The notes under the pieces were generated by a model that saw only the letters and a list, made by a program, of their open reading frames with translations, did not search any database and was not told where the DNA came from. Positions 27,328 through 39,760 of a stretch of DNA of 64,000 nt are shown here, piece by piece (position 1 is the first letter of the stretch; the number at the start of each line of letters is the position of its first letter). Location of the stretch: assembly GCF_035594765.1 (NCBI RefSeq), contig NC_085845.1:143546897-143610896 (forward strand), read 5' to 3'. Made by a program: the position numbers and the translations under genes. This DNA is from Anolis carolinensis. Its lineage: Eukaryota.

Positions 27328-28188
27328 CCTTATACAAATTTCATTTGCTCAGTTCATCCAAACAAGTGAGTAGAGAAATATGAAAAAGGAGGGGGAAAGA
27401 GCATGCAAGAGCATGTAAAGGAGTACTTTTCAGGCCTCCCATAACAGCCTGAAAAATAGATCCTGAAAGGATGTCTCAAGCTTGGTATCTCTTCATATTG
27501 AGAAAACATTTTCTATTTATCTGAGTTACGCTAATTCTTTCACACCAAGTGCAGGTATTCGTGGGCTCTTATTTTTGGACAGTGTTCATGGCTATGCCAG
27601 CATGTGAGGCTTTAAAAAGACAAATCAAGGAGAAAGATGTTTTTGGGGTTACTGCGAACGTAAGAGCTATTCTGCACATTCATTTTTTGAGGCCTGACAG
27701 TAATCTGTTCTCCTGAGCAAGAAGCAATGTGATAAAGTTTTATGGGTCTGATATGGAATGGGAAGAATTGCAGCAGAAAAGGTTGGGACACTGCATTTGC
27801 TGCTCAGATAAAATCTGACGCGTTACAGCGACAGGATGGCATTTCTTGACATTTGAGGGTGAGTTGCCTTCAAAGTCTCTAAATAGCAAGTCTAAAATAT
27901 TTTGTCTCCTGGCTGTCACAAGTCCAGGTTTGAACAACTGTTACTTCGTGAAATTAATGCATTGAATTCCTTCACTTGCAAGAAAATTTTGAAATTAGTT
28001 TTATATGCCATAGGAACTTTAGAAGCAAACTTCTAGTGACAGTGGGAAAAGGCTGACTACAGAAGTTTCTTTTTTGGGCTATGCTTTTCTGAACAATCAC
28101 TTTGTATTCCCAACTAACTCCATCTCACAGCTGTACAAAATGACTATGAATCAGAGCAATTCTCCAATGGCATTAGTTAATTCTATGT

Positions 28189-28397
28189 GGGTGCATCTAC
28201 ACTTTAGTTAATGCAGCTTGACACTACATGTAATGCCCTGGCTCATTGCTATAGAATTAAGGGAATTATATTTTACAAAGTCTTTACCAAAAAGTTTTAG
28301 TGCTTTACCAAACTTCAAATCCCATGAGTCCATATCATTGAGCCATAACAGTTAAAATGAAGTCAAACTGCTTTAAATCTACAGTGTAGATGCACCC
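28189..28397. mobile_element. Palindromic Harbinger-like MITE
   Basis: TIRs GGGTGCATCTACACT / AGTGTAGATGCACCC with long inverted arms. Confidence 0.85.
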
Positions 28398-28707
28398 TCT
28401 AACTGCCTTCTCTTTTTTGTCACCCTCAAGGAGCACACTTCCTTGAGTTGTATGCTTTTACCAGGAAACAGTGATAATAAGCACAGTATTTATCGAGAAG
28501 TCGTTTATTCTTAGGTGCAAATGAATACCAATTTGCAAAAGCCATAATCCTAACTCTGGACATAAAAACTTCTAGTGTAAGAGACACTTTGAATTCTAAT
28601 ATCTATTTTTGTTGGCTCAGTATAAGATATAAATTATTTCTATCACACACCTGTTTCCTCCATTTTGCCTCCGTTGTTATTTATTCATAGTGATAGAAAT
28701 GAAGCAT

Positions 28708-28709
28708 AT

Positions 28710-28744
<35 letters not shown>

Positions 28745-29292
28745 CATTACTTTTACCCCGCCTTTCTCTCCTAGGAGACTCAAAGCGGCTTACAGTAAAT
28801 AGGCAAAAATTCAATGCCTAAAAACAATGTAAAAACAACAATTCATATAAAACAATCTACAAAACAACAGTTCATATAAAACAGATACCATTACAAAATA
28901 AAAACACATTATATAAAAATTTTAAGAATGTCCAAGATTAAAATCCATTCATCCAGAATCCTCAAGTCTTTGTACAGATCATGTAAAGTCCATGTTCTCA
29001 TTCATTAAAAGCTTGTGTACACAACCATGTCTTTAAGGCTTTCCTGAAGCCTAGGAGAGTTGGTATCTGCCGTATGTTGCTGGGGAGGGTGTTCCACAGT
29101 CGAGGAGCCACCACCGAGAAGGCCCTGTCCCTCGTTCCCACCAGTCTTACCTGCGAGGCTGGTGGGACCGAGAGCAGGGCCTCCCCCGATGATCTAAGAG
29201 TTCTAGAAGGCTCATAGGGGGAGATACGTTCGGACAGGTAAGATGGGCCAGAACCATTTAGGGCTTTGTAGGTCAAAACCAGCACTTTATAA
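28708..29292 (-). mobile_element. 5'-truncated L2 LINE (ORF2 C-terminus, 3' UTR and tail)
   Basis: ORF has 'KVLVLTYKALNGSGPSYL...RAFSVVAPRLWNTLP..IRQ...FRKALKTWL'; (TTTA)n tail at 28708-28745. Confidence 0.92.
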
Positions 29293-30159
29293 TTAAAAGC
29301 TGGAAAAAAGAACCCAGTCTCACAGGAATGTTTCAACTTCTGAAAGGCATTCATGCTCACTTAAGGTGAAGAGACTGTAATTCATTTTATAGATGATAAC
29401 TTAATGTTTCTTAAATAGATTCCCCCCCACAACAGAATCTGCTTACTGTGATAATTAAATGTTTAATTAATGACTTCGGGTACAAGGACACATCTGATTT
29501 TGCTAATGCCTATACTTTTCAAATGCAGGTCTTGCAATTCACAGTTCTCATATTATGGAGAAAATTAATGACTTCACTTATGCAGTTAGCTCTGCTATCA
29601 GTTACGGGAAGAGCATGTTATAGCTGGTGTATTAACAACATCTGTGGTCCATAATTTTCAAGATAACAATGGGTGTTCAGGCACTGTCTTTCTTTTTACA
29701 GCATTTGTGTGATGATATAACTCTTTTTGTTCATGCCTGATACCTGTGGTCCTGAAAGGTAGTAAAATGTAAGAATGTTTAATAATACATGGAATGAGTG
29801 GCACTGCCTGGTCCTGAACAGATCCTGGTGGACTGCAATATGTCGTATACCTTTAATGAACCTGAACATCTGTTGGCAAGCAGCAACTTTGACTTTTAAT
29901 TTTTGTATAATTTTATGATGACATTAATTAAATTAAATATTATATTTAGTACCAAGAGAAGTAGAGTTAACTAAGGCTACACTCCCAAAGGAAAGTCGGG
30001 GCATATGTGGGAACTATCTAAAGCAAAAACCTCTGACCAAAGTTTTACTCAGTTCATAATGAAAAGAAGGGGTTGATGGCAGAACATCAAACTTCCACTT
30101 CCACTATGACCTTCTGCAAGCAGAGGTAGGAAATTAAATTAGATCTTGCCTAAGGTGCA

Positions 30160-30416
30160 TTTTTTTCGTGTCAGGAGCAACCGGAGTTGCTTCTGGAGTG
30201 AGAGAATTGGCCGTCTGCAAGGACGTTGCCCAGGGGATGCCCGGATGTTTTACCATCCTTGTGGGAGGCTTCTCTCATGTCCCCGAATGGAGCTGGAGCT
30301 GATAGAGGGAGCTCATCTGCGCTCTCCCCGGGTGGGATTCGAACCTGGCAGCCTTCAGGTAAGCAACCCAACCTTCAAGTCACAAGGCTTTTATCTCCTA
30401 GGCCACCAGAGGCTCC
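30160..30416 (-). mobile_element. tRNA-derived SINE with Vingi-type tail (Anolis SINE2-like)
   Basis: Reverse complement ends 'gctcctgacacgaaaaaaa'; B-box-like 'ggttcgaatccc'; inverted partner at 30483. Confidence 0.85.
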
Positions 30417-30482
30417 ATGCCTCTGTTTTACAAGGTCTTTAGCTGTCTTTTCCAATATGTGCTGGTGTCTCGCCAAATTACA

Positions 30483-30751
30483 GGAGCCCCCAGTGGTGTT
30501 GTGGATTAAAGCCTTGTGACTTGAAGGTTGGGTTGCTGACCTGAAGGCTGCCAGGTTCAAATCCAACCGGGGGAGAGCGCGGATGAGCTCCCTCTATCAG
30601 CTCCAGCTCCATGTGGGGACATGAGAGAAGCCTCCCACAAGGATGGTAAAAACATCCGGATGTTCCCCGGGCAACGTTCTTGCAGATTGCTAATTCTCTC
30701 ACACCAGAAGCGACTTGCAGTTTCTCAAGTTGCTCCTGACACAGAAAAAAA
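30483..30751 (+). mobile_element. tRNA-derived SINE with Vingi-type tail (Anolis SINE2-like), inserted in a Harbinger MITE
   Basis: Head 'ggagcccccagtggtg', tail 'gctcctgacacagaaaaaaa', TSD CAAATTACA (30474-30482 / 30752-30760); the host MITE continues to 'cagtgtagatgca' at ~30833. Confidence 0.88.
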
Positions 30752-31278
30752 CAAATTACAAATCCTAGCATTTCATAGCATTGAGCCACATCAAAGTGGT
30801 GTTAAATTGCATTATTTCTACAGTGTAGATGCAGCTTTAATTTCACTTCATATTGGGAGTATGACTGGAACCTGCAGAGCTGTATTATCCTTTTGAGTCT
30901 TCTCTCTCTCCACCCACAATCACATCCCCAGCATATTTGTTTTTGGGGTATCAAGAAATCCTCTGTGGTAGCTGGAAGAGACCCAAAGGGGTAGATCAAA
31001 CATCAGATTTCCCCTACAAAAGGGTAGAGCTTCATTAAATATCACCAAATGACTCATAGGAGGATTTCTGCTCCTCCTTTGACCCATGAGATGTATTTTC
31101 AGCAATATACCATAGACTGATTGAAGATTTTAGCTGGTTTGTCTGATATTAATCTTTCTTCAAAAGGCATAAGTATTAGGATTAGACTAAATGAATTCTT
31201 CACCTTATAATATATTTACTATTCATATGAAGTGTTTCATTGTGTGCAATGTGAATCACATGTCTTCTGCTTTCTATC

Positions 31279-31636
31279 GACCTCATCACATCGATGAGGT
31301 CCCCTGTGCTGATTTGCCAGTCTCTGTGGTGAATCGGTGGGGCAACAGAAGAATTCTGGAGCCCCACACCGCACCTGGCTGGCAGCAATACTTTCTCATC
31401 AAATGAGGGTAAGTGTTGCCATGCGGCTTGTCCCCTTGGTAGTCCTGTTGTTCCAAATGGAACATGGAGAGGCCCCCATGTTGGTGGCACAGCATCCTAG
31501 GATGCTGCCTTCCCAGTTGAGCAATGGAGCCCTGCTGGAAGTGAGGCAACATCACGTGATGGAAGGCATGGGGTTCCATCTCTCAACTGGGGCAGCAGCA
31601 TCCTAGGACACTAAAAATTCCTCATGTGATGAGGTC
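31279..31636. mobile_element. MITE with 13-bp TIRs and internal hairpins
   Basis: TIRs GACCTCATCACAT / ATGTGATGAGGTC; internal inverted repeat 31501-31532 vs ~31571-31602. Confidence 0.75.
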
Positions 31637-32289
31637 CTTAGTGACAAATGATCTTGGGTTCATCTAGGACACAGTGCAGAAGAAACTGAGAAGTGCCTGA
31701 ACAGTGGAGACACAGGGAAAAATGGAAAATCTTTCTGTCTAAAGATAGTGGTTATATTTCTCAAAGGAATGCACAAAAAATGTGCATTGATCAAAATCTT
31801 TAATGATTTGGCATTTTGGAAGATTTTTTCTTTTATCTCAGACTGATTGAAACTCTGTCCACCTTGATTCCCATTGTTTTCTCATGGACCTAATGATAGA
31901 GGGCATAAAGGTGGCACCAGTTCTTAATGTAGATGCAGTGGTTTGCAGCAAAAGAGAGTCATATTTTGGATTTTGTTGGTTAGTTTGTTTTACAAACAGA
32001 CTCATTTGTTTCCCCATCCCTCTCCCCATTGCTTCTGAAGAAATTTGTATAGAATAAAAATAATCACAGAGAAAGAAATGTTCAAAGGGAGAGGCACATG
32101 ATGAACTAAAAAATGATGATGCTAGAAAGGCAGCACCCCATCTAGATCCCTTCTGATATGTTGCAGATTGGGTTTCTGGGAAATGATGACTACTATACAC
32201 TTTCATTTGTTGAAAACTGCAGCAGGACTCCAATGTTTTCTCAAGCCATCTCTTTCAAAGTGGCTCATAGTCATCACATTAGCTGGTGA

Positions 32290-32455
32290 TAAGAAGCTGG
32301 ATGGATGGATCTTGACCATTTCTTGGAAAAGAGTTCTATAGCCGAGGTTCTGCTACAGAGAAAGCCATGTATACTTTCTGACAGCTTCTTGGAATGGTGG
32401 AACAAAGTTCCTTCTAAGAATCTCAGAGTTTGGACAGACTCATCAGTCATAAAAT
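32290..32455 (-). mobile_element. Highly degenerate L2 fragment
   Basis: 'gagttctatagccgaggttctgctacagagaaagcc' resembles the L2 segment at 29090-29125. Confidence 0.4.
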
Positions 32456-34254
32456 GTTGGGGGTGGTGGTGGTTACAGAATGTTGGAGTTTTCATTCATA
32501 TTTTATTGTCAGAAGACCTTTCATGTTCTTGTTTTATATTTCTTTCTAACAGATAAGTAGAATGAGATGGGTTTATGGTAAGAATTGCAGAGTGTCTTCC
32601 TATTGACAGGTTTTCTTTGCAAAGAGGTAGGACATTCTTCCTCCTTGTCACCTTTATAAGCAGGCTTTCTCCCTACAGTTATTGCCTGGGCATTCAATCC
32701 TCAGCATCTTGAAATTTGTCATTCCCAAAAGGTGAATGATGAACTGTGAACTAAAATAGTAACATGTAGCTTTTAGGTCTGTTCTGATTTCAAAATAAAA
32801 AAGAGATATCAGAAATGATTGTTGGGTTTAATCATTGCCCGGTGAATGATATCACCAGGATGCTTTTAAAATGAAGCTTGAAAGGGACAAAAATACAATA
32901 AAACTAGGTGTGTTTCAAAAAGCTGAAAAAGGAAGAAAAGAGAGATCTCATCACATATCATTGTGAAAAGTACAGAAAATAGGGGTTGAATAGATGCTTT
33001 CAGTGATCATATTTGATGCTCTTCCTGACCTCTGGCAACGTAACTATGAAATAAAGATAAATGATCCCAATTTTCTTACTATACTTTGAAATGGGATGTT
33101 TCATGAGTTTGAGTAGTTTGGAAATCTATAATAATAGCTTTATGATCAAGAAATAGAAAATAATTAGAGAAAATTATCAACATCTTAACAATTAGGGCTG
33201 GGTGTGTACATGTGGAAGTTTATTTGGAGCTGATGCTTCTTACCAATTGTTCCCCTTTCCAAAAAATAATAATAATCCAGAGGCTTTTAAATAACATTAA
33301 AGCAATGACTATTGCATGTGAAGAATAACGCAGCTGGCTATCAACTGATAAACCATAATACCAAGTAAAGTGAAGCAGAATCTTTTACATTCAGAACAAA
33401 CTGTGAGTATAACCACTAAGTTATAATACTGTAAATCTCTGCAGGAGGGTGTGTAGTGGAGACACATGCAATAGTCCCCCAGGGATCAGTATGACATTGG
33501 GATCTGCTATGAAGTAGAGCTGCAGGAGCTTAGAAAAACCTGCCTGGTGAGCAAAAGCTCTTTAATAAAATCACATTCTCAAAGCTATTAATTCAAAAGA
33601 GTCTAATTAAAGCTTCATGCTGTTCATCTTAAATATACCCAGATGTTTCATATGTTACAGTATGTCAAAGTAAGGCATAAGCATATTTTAATGAAAGCAT
33701 AATTTTTCTTTCCTATCCTTTCTCTCCCATTTTATTTGGCTCTTTCCCTTGAAAAAATGACAGTAACAGAGGAGGATCCAGGGTGGCAAAGCAGAAGGCA
33801 GTGAGGCTTAGTATTTAAAGCACATAGAACCCATTGTGTCACTCTGAGCCATTCATTTTTCTCCCAGTCTAGGAGAGAGCCCACCATCCTTTACATTACT
33901 GTTTTGAGCATAAGGGAAAAGGATGAAAGTCATGTGTCTGACCTTGAATAAAATGGAAGAAAGCCAGGATGTAAATGCAACAAACATCTCTCATCTCCTA
34001 CTTGGCAATCATGTAAAAATTACATTTCCCGTATAATTAAACATAATTCCGTAAATGTATTGAATAAAACCTATCTCTTACCTTACCTTATGCAGAACAG
34101 GGACCTCTTTATCCCCCCTCCACTTCAAGACTGGAAACGTCATTACAAATTAAGAAAACAAAAATGATGACTGCAGATTATTTATATAATGTTTAAGTAG
34201 ATGATAAAGACATTTAATTGATACCACTTTTCCATACTTGGCTGAATCATTAAT

Positions 34255-34742
34255 TGGAATGAAGTCTTCAGGCATGAAATAAGAAGAAGACAAGGACTTG
34301 AAAGGGCAGCTATGATGAAGCTAGGCAAAATTCTCAAGAACGTATCACTGAATACACCTACCAGTGGTTGTAAAACTGAACAGTAAAAAAAAAAGCTGAT
34401 TAGAAGAAATGTGGAGCTGGATAACAGTTATGTGGATACCATGTGTTGTCAAAAATACAAATAAATGGGCCCATGGGAAAATTAGATCCAATTTTCCCTA
34501 GAATCCAAGATGACTAAACTGACACTGTTGTACTTTGGACATATCACGAGAAGACATGACTTTCTAGAATAGGTAGGTAAAGTGGAAGCAATAAGAAAAA
34601 AGATGAAGACTGCATTACAGATGGATAGACTTAATCAGGAAAACCACAACATAAAGCCTGGAAGACTTGAGCAGTGTTCTTGATAGCAGGGTGACCTGGA
34701 AGTCTTTGATCCCTAGCATCATCATGGGTTGAAATTGACTTG
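34255..34742 (+). mobile_element. RTE-clade LINE 3' fragment, decayed
   Basis: 'gaaataagaagaaga...gggcagctatg...tactttggacatatcacgagaagacatgac...agatggatagac' encodes RTE motifs EIRRR, YFGHI.RR and RWID. Confidence 0.78.
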
Positions 34743-35734
34743 TTAGGAAGAAACCACAAAATGCAGAATAGAAGAGTGTGATTTTTGTATGTAAGCATTC
34801 TGAAAAATCTAATTCAGGGTCCAAGTGGTGAAGGAATGTGTTGACTGGACAGGTTCATGTGCCTTTAATGTTAAGCCTTTATTTAATTTCTTCTTCCAGA
34901 AAAACTTCATTTAGTAAATTAGTGTATACCTACTGAACATTTTTACCATATTAGTTTATTTGTTCATTTAATCTAGTATCTTTTACTCTGGTTGACAGTA
35001 GCTCTGTATAATTTCACTAGAAGTATTTCTATCAGCTATTATTTGATACCCAAACTGCTAGATAGAGTGACAGATACAGTACAAGAGGCAAAGGTCTCTT
35101 TTCCCCTCATAAGTTGACAATATGCACATTTTGTTAGAGAAATTTCCATCGTAATTTTGTCACTTTTGCCTACAGATTTCCTATGGAGAGCTGTATGTTT
35201 TATATGAATAATAATTAAAAGAAAGAGGAAAGGGAATGGGGCACTGCATAAATTCATATCACCATTCTGTGTTCTCTTGCTGCTCTGAAATTAATGCAGC
35301 AGTATTAAAAATCTCATGTTGCTAGTTTCATCGAGTGAATGGAATCCAATAACTGAAACTGATGAAAGGACTCCTTTGGAATTCAGAGATAAGCAGACAT
35401 GCATTGCATTTGGCAAAAACCAGGAACATCTACCTGTTCATGAGTGCCCATCAAATCCAATTTTAGGAAGGGAGGGAAAAGTCACTCAGCATTGTATTTA
35501 TACTTCAGTGATCTAAAATTCCACTAAAATAAGCTTACTCATTTTCTTCCCCAGAAGGTCCTTGAATTCACAATTCTGTTGTTCTCATTTGTTCTGCTTT
35601 TTCAAGAAGAGAGTTAGCTCTGATGTTGAAGCAAAGTATCCTTAGTAATTTGTAGTCCTTAAAAATCTAGTGTGCTAATTAAGGCTGCTATTAATATCAA
35701 TCCACTGATTAAAAAATATTTTCAGTAAATAAAA

Positions 35735-36065
35735 GACCTCTTCACAGTGGCTGCTGGAATTATCATGCATTGTGGCAAATCCAGCGATGATACACGCCCT
35801 GTATCTCCCAGCTTACCAGCAGGGCGATCCCATGAGGGAAAGCGTCAATCATCTGGTTTCCCCCCATTGTTGCAAGGCAACACAGAAAGCCTCCCGTGTT
35901 GCTGCTGCAGTGGCATGCTCCACTTTGCCACTCCTTTAAGCACAGAGCCCTGCTGGAAGTAGTAGTGCATAGTTTAATGGGAGCCGGTGGGATTTATTCT
36001 TAAAGTGGCAGTAAAGTGGAGCATGCCACCAATTCTTCCCCATCTGACGTGGTTGAAAGAGATGT
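35735..36065. mobile_element. Degenerate hairpin MITE related to 31279-31636
   Basis: Starts 'gacctcttcaca'; shares 'gagccctgctggaagt'; inverted repeat 'gtggcatgctccacttt' / 'aaagtggagcatgccac'. Confidence 0.5.
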
Positions 36066-36392
36066 CCAATTGAAAAAGTACACAGTTAGAACCTGTATAT
36101 TTAAAAAGTATATCTAAACATGCTTTAGTTGATCTGAAAATCTGCATGACTGGAATATATATGTTTGAAAAAAGTGCACACACTTGTTATTAATTCAACT
36201 GACTTATTGTGATACTATGAATGAGAGATCTCAAAGAGTGTGCCTCCTCAACAGCTCTGTTCAAGTCTCCCAAACTCAGATGTATGTATGTTTGTATTTA
36301 AAGTATTCCTGTATTGCATCACAGCCCACAAAGACTCCCAAAGCAATGAACAATAACATGAATTAAAACAATGCAAAAATCAAATGAAAATA

Positions 36393-36732
36393 CAGTGTTC
36401 CCTCATTACTTCGCGGTTCACTTTTCGCGAGTTCGCTCTTTCACAGTTTTTCAATAAACTCTAAAAAACTAAATTAAAAAAAAAACTACAATTTACAACC
36501 TTAGGAAGGGAGGAAGGAGAAGCCAAAGGGAGAGAAAAGGAGCCCAAGCAGCAACGGGAGGAGAAGGAGGCAATTTATCAACACACGATTGGTTAATAAA
36601 GACTTAAAATATTGTATAACTACTAAAATAATGTATAAATATTAAAATAAATATAGCATCCCTACTTTGCAGATTTTCACTTATTTCAGGTGGTCCTGGA
36701 ACCTAACCCTTGCGATAAGTGAGGGAACATTG
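36393..36732. mobile_element. Tc1/mariner (Tigger-like) MITE
   Basis: TIRs CAGTGTTCCCTCA / TGAGGGAACATTG flanked by TA. Confidence 0.85.
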
Positions 36733-36914
36733 TATATTAAAATTTAAAACACCTAAAAGCAGTCTAAATTAATCCTAGAATCTAGTTTTTGAAATCTCAA
36801 ACATTGAATGTCATGTAGAACAGCACTTGGCTACCTGCCAAAACTTTAAAAATAAAGATGGGACCAGCCTAACTTTCATGGGCAGAGAAGTGCTGCCTGT
36901 TATGTGTACCCACT

Positions 36915-37140
36915 AACATAACAACAACAACCATAACAACAACAACTACTACTAATACTACTACTACTTTATTCTTATATCCCGCCCCATCTCCCTGAAG
37001 AGACTCAAGGCAGCTTACATGGGAACCAAGCCCAGTAATGCAACAATAAAATACAACAACATAAGATACATTCAAATGAATTAATACATAAAAACATATA
37101 AAAATAATAAAAACATAAACTCAACAACAACCAATAACCA
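36915..37140 (-). mobile_element. L2 3' UTR and tail
   Basis: (AAC)/(ACT) microsatellite followed by 'atatcccgccccatctccctgaagagactcaaggcagcttaca'. Confidence 0.7.
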
Positions 37141-39199
37141 GCTGGTCAGAATGGGCATGTTCAAAAATTGAAGGCAAAAAGCGATCCTAATCAACCATGG
37201 CATTGTGATAGAACACAGGGCTAGATAACACATGACTTTGAAGATTTTCCCTTTTTAAAAAAATAAAAAGTAATATGGAGAGGTCAGAGACAAGGCTTTT
37301 CTGTGTAATGGTTCAGAACATGTGTGACAATGGGGGGAAAACTGAAAAACATATGTGATAGGGAGACAGAACATGAAACAGCATGATTGGTATGATTCCC
37401 TTTGCTAAACAGACAGTCCCCAACACTTCTCAAGGCCCATGTGATGAAGTCCTAAAGTGCATTCCACATATTAGCATGTTTAAGAGAACTACTGTTTGTT
37501 TCTGTGTTGTGGGAAAATACTTTAATCCTCTGAATAATTATTAGAGCTTTATGAATCTTCATTTTGGTCCAGTTTATCATTTCTAATCCATATGAATGAC
37601 CTGCCATCTCTGTGCATCAAATCATTAGAAGCAATTTTTACAAATTATACAGTAATTTATTATGGGTCTGTTAAAATCTCTGCATCTATTTGGTGCCTTG
37701 GTTTCAGGCATGATCAGTGTCGATGATTTGACAGAGTTAAATAATTCATCACTGGAAACAAAACAGAGATTGACAAACTGAGAGCTTTTATACTGAGTGA
37801 ATTAATCTTATGAGAGGAGATGTGGTATATCTCTCCAGCAAGGAAATGAGTTGAAGCACTAAGCTATGAAAATTTCAGCTAATGTGCAAGTGACTAAGGC
37901 TGATCTGATCAGTATCGTTAGAAAACAAATTCAATAAAGTTCACATTTCTGTATGAAAAATACATACGTTATATTACATGAAATTGGCAAAGGTACAGTG
38001 ACATCTTGCCTTAATAATTTGTATGTTTTCAATACTTGTGATTTATTTCATAGGGGAAATATTCAGCTCCATGCTCATGCTGTACATCACACTGTGTGGA
38101 AGGAGTTGCTTTTTCTGGGAAAGACCAGGTGACTATATGTTAGACACAGCTGCCTCTGGATGTTGTGCATTGGAGACAGAGTGTGGTGATATTACGCTTT
38201 TCTTTGTTGTTGATTTGTTTTCTCTGTTCATTAGGGAGTTCAAAGGGATTCACCTGCATGTTATGATCATTCAACATTGTGAGAATGACCTAGGTTTGTT
38301 GAAAGTCAAGGTCTTATTCTTCAGGTTCTGTATGATCTTAGGGTCATTGATACCAAATGACTGGAGATATCATTTTTGTTATCTGCCATCTTGCTAACTT
38401 TGGGGAGGTGATGGTTATCAATGTTGCATTGATCAGGAGGTTTAACAGGGAAATCCATAGTCCTCTCTTTAGGGGCTTGGTCATACTATCTTCTACACCC
38501 CAGCATAATATTTTAAAACCTTAAATAGTACAGAGCAGACAGTGTGCACATACACTTAGAAGTGAGAAAGTGAAGGTATGGTATATTACTTTTATGGGAT
38601 GGTTTCAAAATGGTGCCTTCACTCTGGAATCCCACAGCTAAAGATAAGAAAATTAGTCAAAGAATAGTGGAAAAGGATTAATGTATTTATAAACTAAAAT
38701 ATAATTCAAGCTCTTATGGCAGTGGGTGAAAATTTATGCTTTTTGCCTACCATAGCTCATGATTTACCTTACAAAAATAAAAAGTTTCATGATTTTTTTT
38801 GAAACCTACACTTCTTATCCACTTTAATAAACATTGTTCTCTTGCTCTCAGCTTGTCACTCTCTGATAATTCTCATTCTTCAGTTCCACTTTCTTTTACA
38901 GATTGATTCCCATATGGATGCCAGAGACAGTCTTCAAGGTAAAAGTTTGAAAATACAGTTTCTGGGGAAATGAGAAGCCCCTATATAGGATGTAGAAAGA
39001 CCACCTGGATGTAAAGAAGACCCCCTTCCAAGTTGCTCTTATGTCTTCTGCCTTAATTAAATTATAAATTAATATTATAATTTCTCTGTCCTAATAAAAG
39101 GGGAAAGTAGTTTTTCAAAACTGAGAGAATTAGGGTTTTGAAAAAGAATTTTGTGAAAAGCAAATTCCTCCACTCCTCCCCCCTCCCCGACCCCGTTGA

Positions 39200-39760
39200 C
39201 CCAAACACAAAACTCAGGCATGTTCAGTTTGGGATAACAGAGGTCACAACTTGAAATTTTTATGGGTTACAACTGAAATAGGGTTGCCAGACACACATGG
39301 ATCCTGGATCACAGCATTGGATAGCCCGCAGAACTGATGGGAAGCCAATAGGGGGCTTAGTGCAGCCTTCTGTTCAGTGCTTCTTTGGGCTCCCTGCACC
39401 ACCACTCCCCCTGATGCTCAATAGGATGAACCCTCAACTGAGGGCAAACTAGCCAGATCCAGGGCCCATGTGAACCGCCCCCAAGTTATGACAAATAATC
39501 AAAGCCCAAACAGAACAGGTAGTACATCGAAAAGAACAACAAGAACTGAAGGTGGGAGGGAGGGGAACCCTCGAAGGCAACTGAGCTGAAGAGCTGCTGG
39601 GCTGCCTTAAATACCTGGCATGTCTTCCCTCAGGTCCAGTCATGGTAACAAATCAGATTGAACTAGGAGGTTCAATCTGATTGGCTGCTTGTTATGCACC
39701 AGACACCAAAGGAAGATGATAGAGTGCCCGTTCTGCCTCATCCCTGCATGGTAAGTTGGG
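39200..39760 (-). mobile_element. Putative DIRS/Ngaro-type terminal repeat remnant, older copy
   Basis: Collinear blocks shared with 50180-50560, for example 'gggttgccagacacacatggatcctggat', 'gatccagggcccatg', 'agttatgacaaa' and 'ggtgggagggagg'. Confidence 0.55.

Noticed and set aside
31191-31606. Cluster of overlapping ORFs
   Set aside because: They coincide with a palindromic MITE and show no protein similarity
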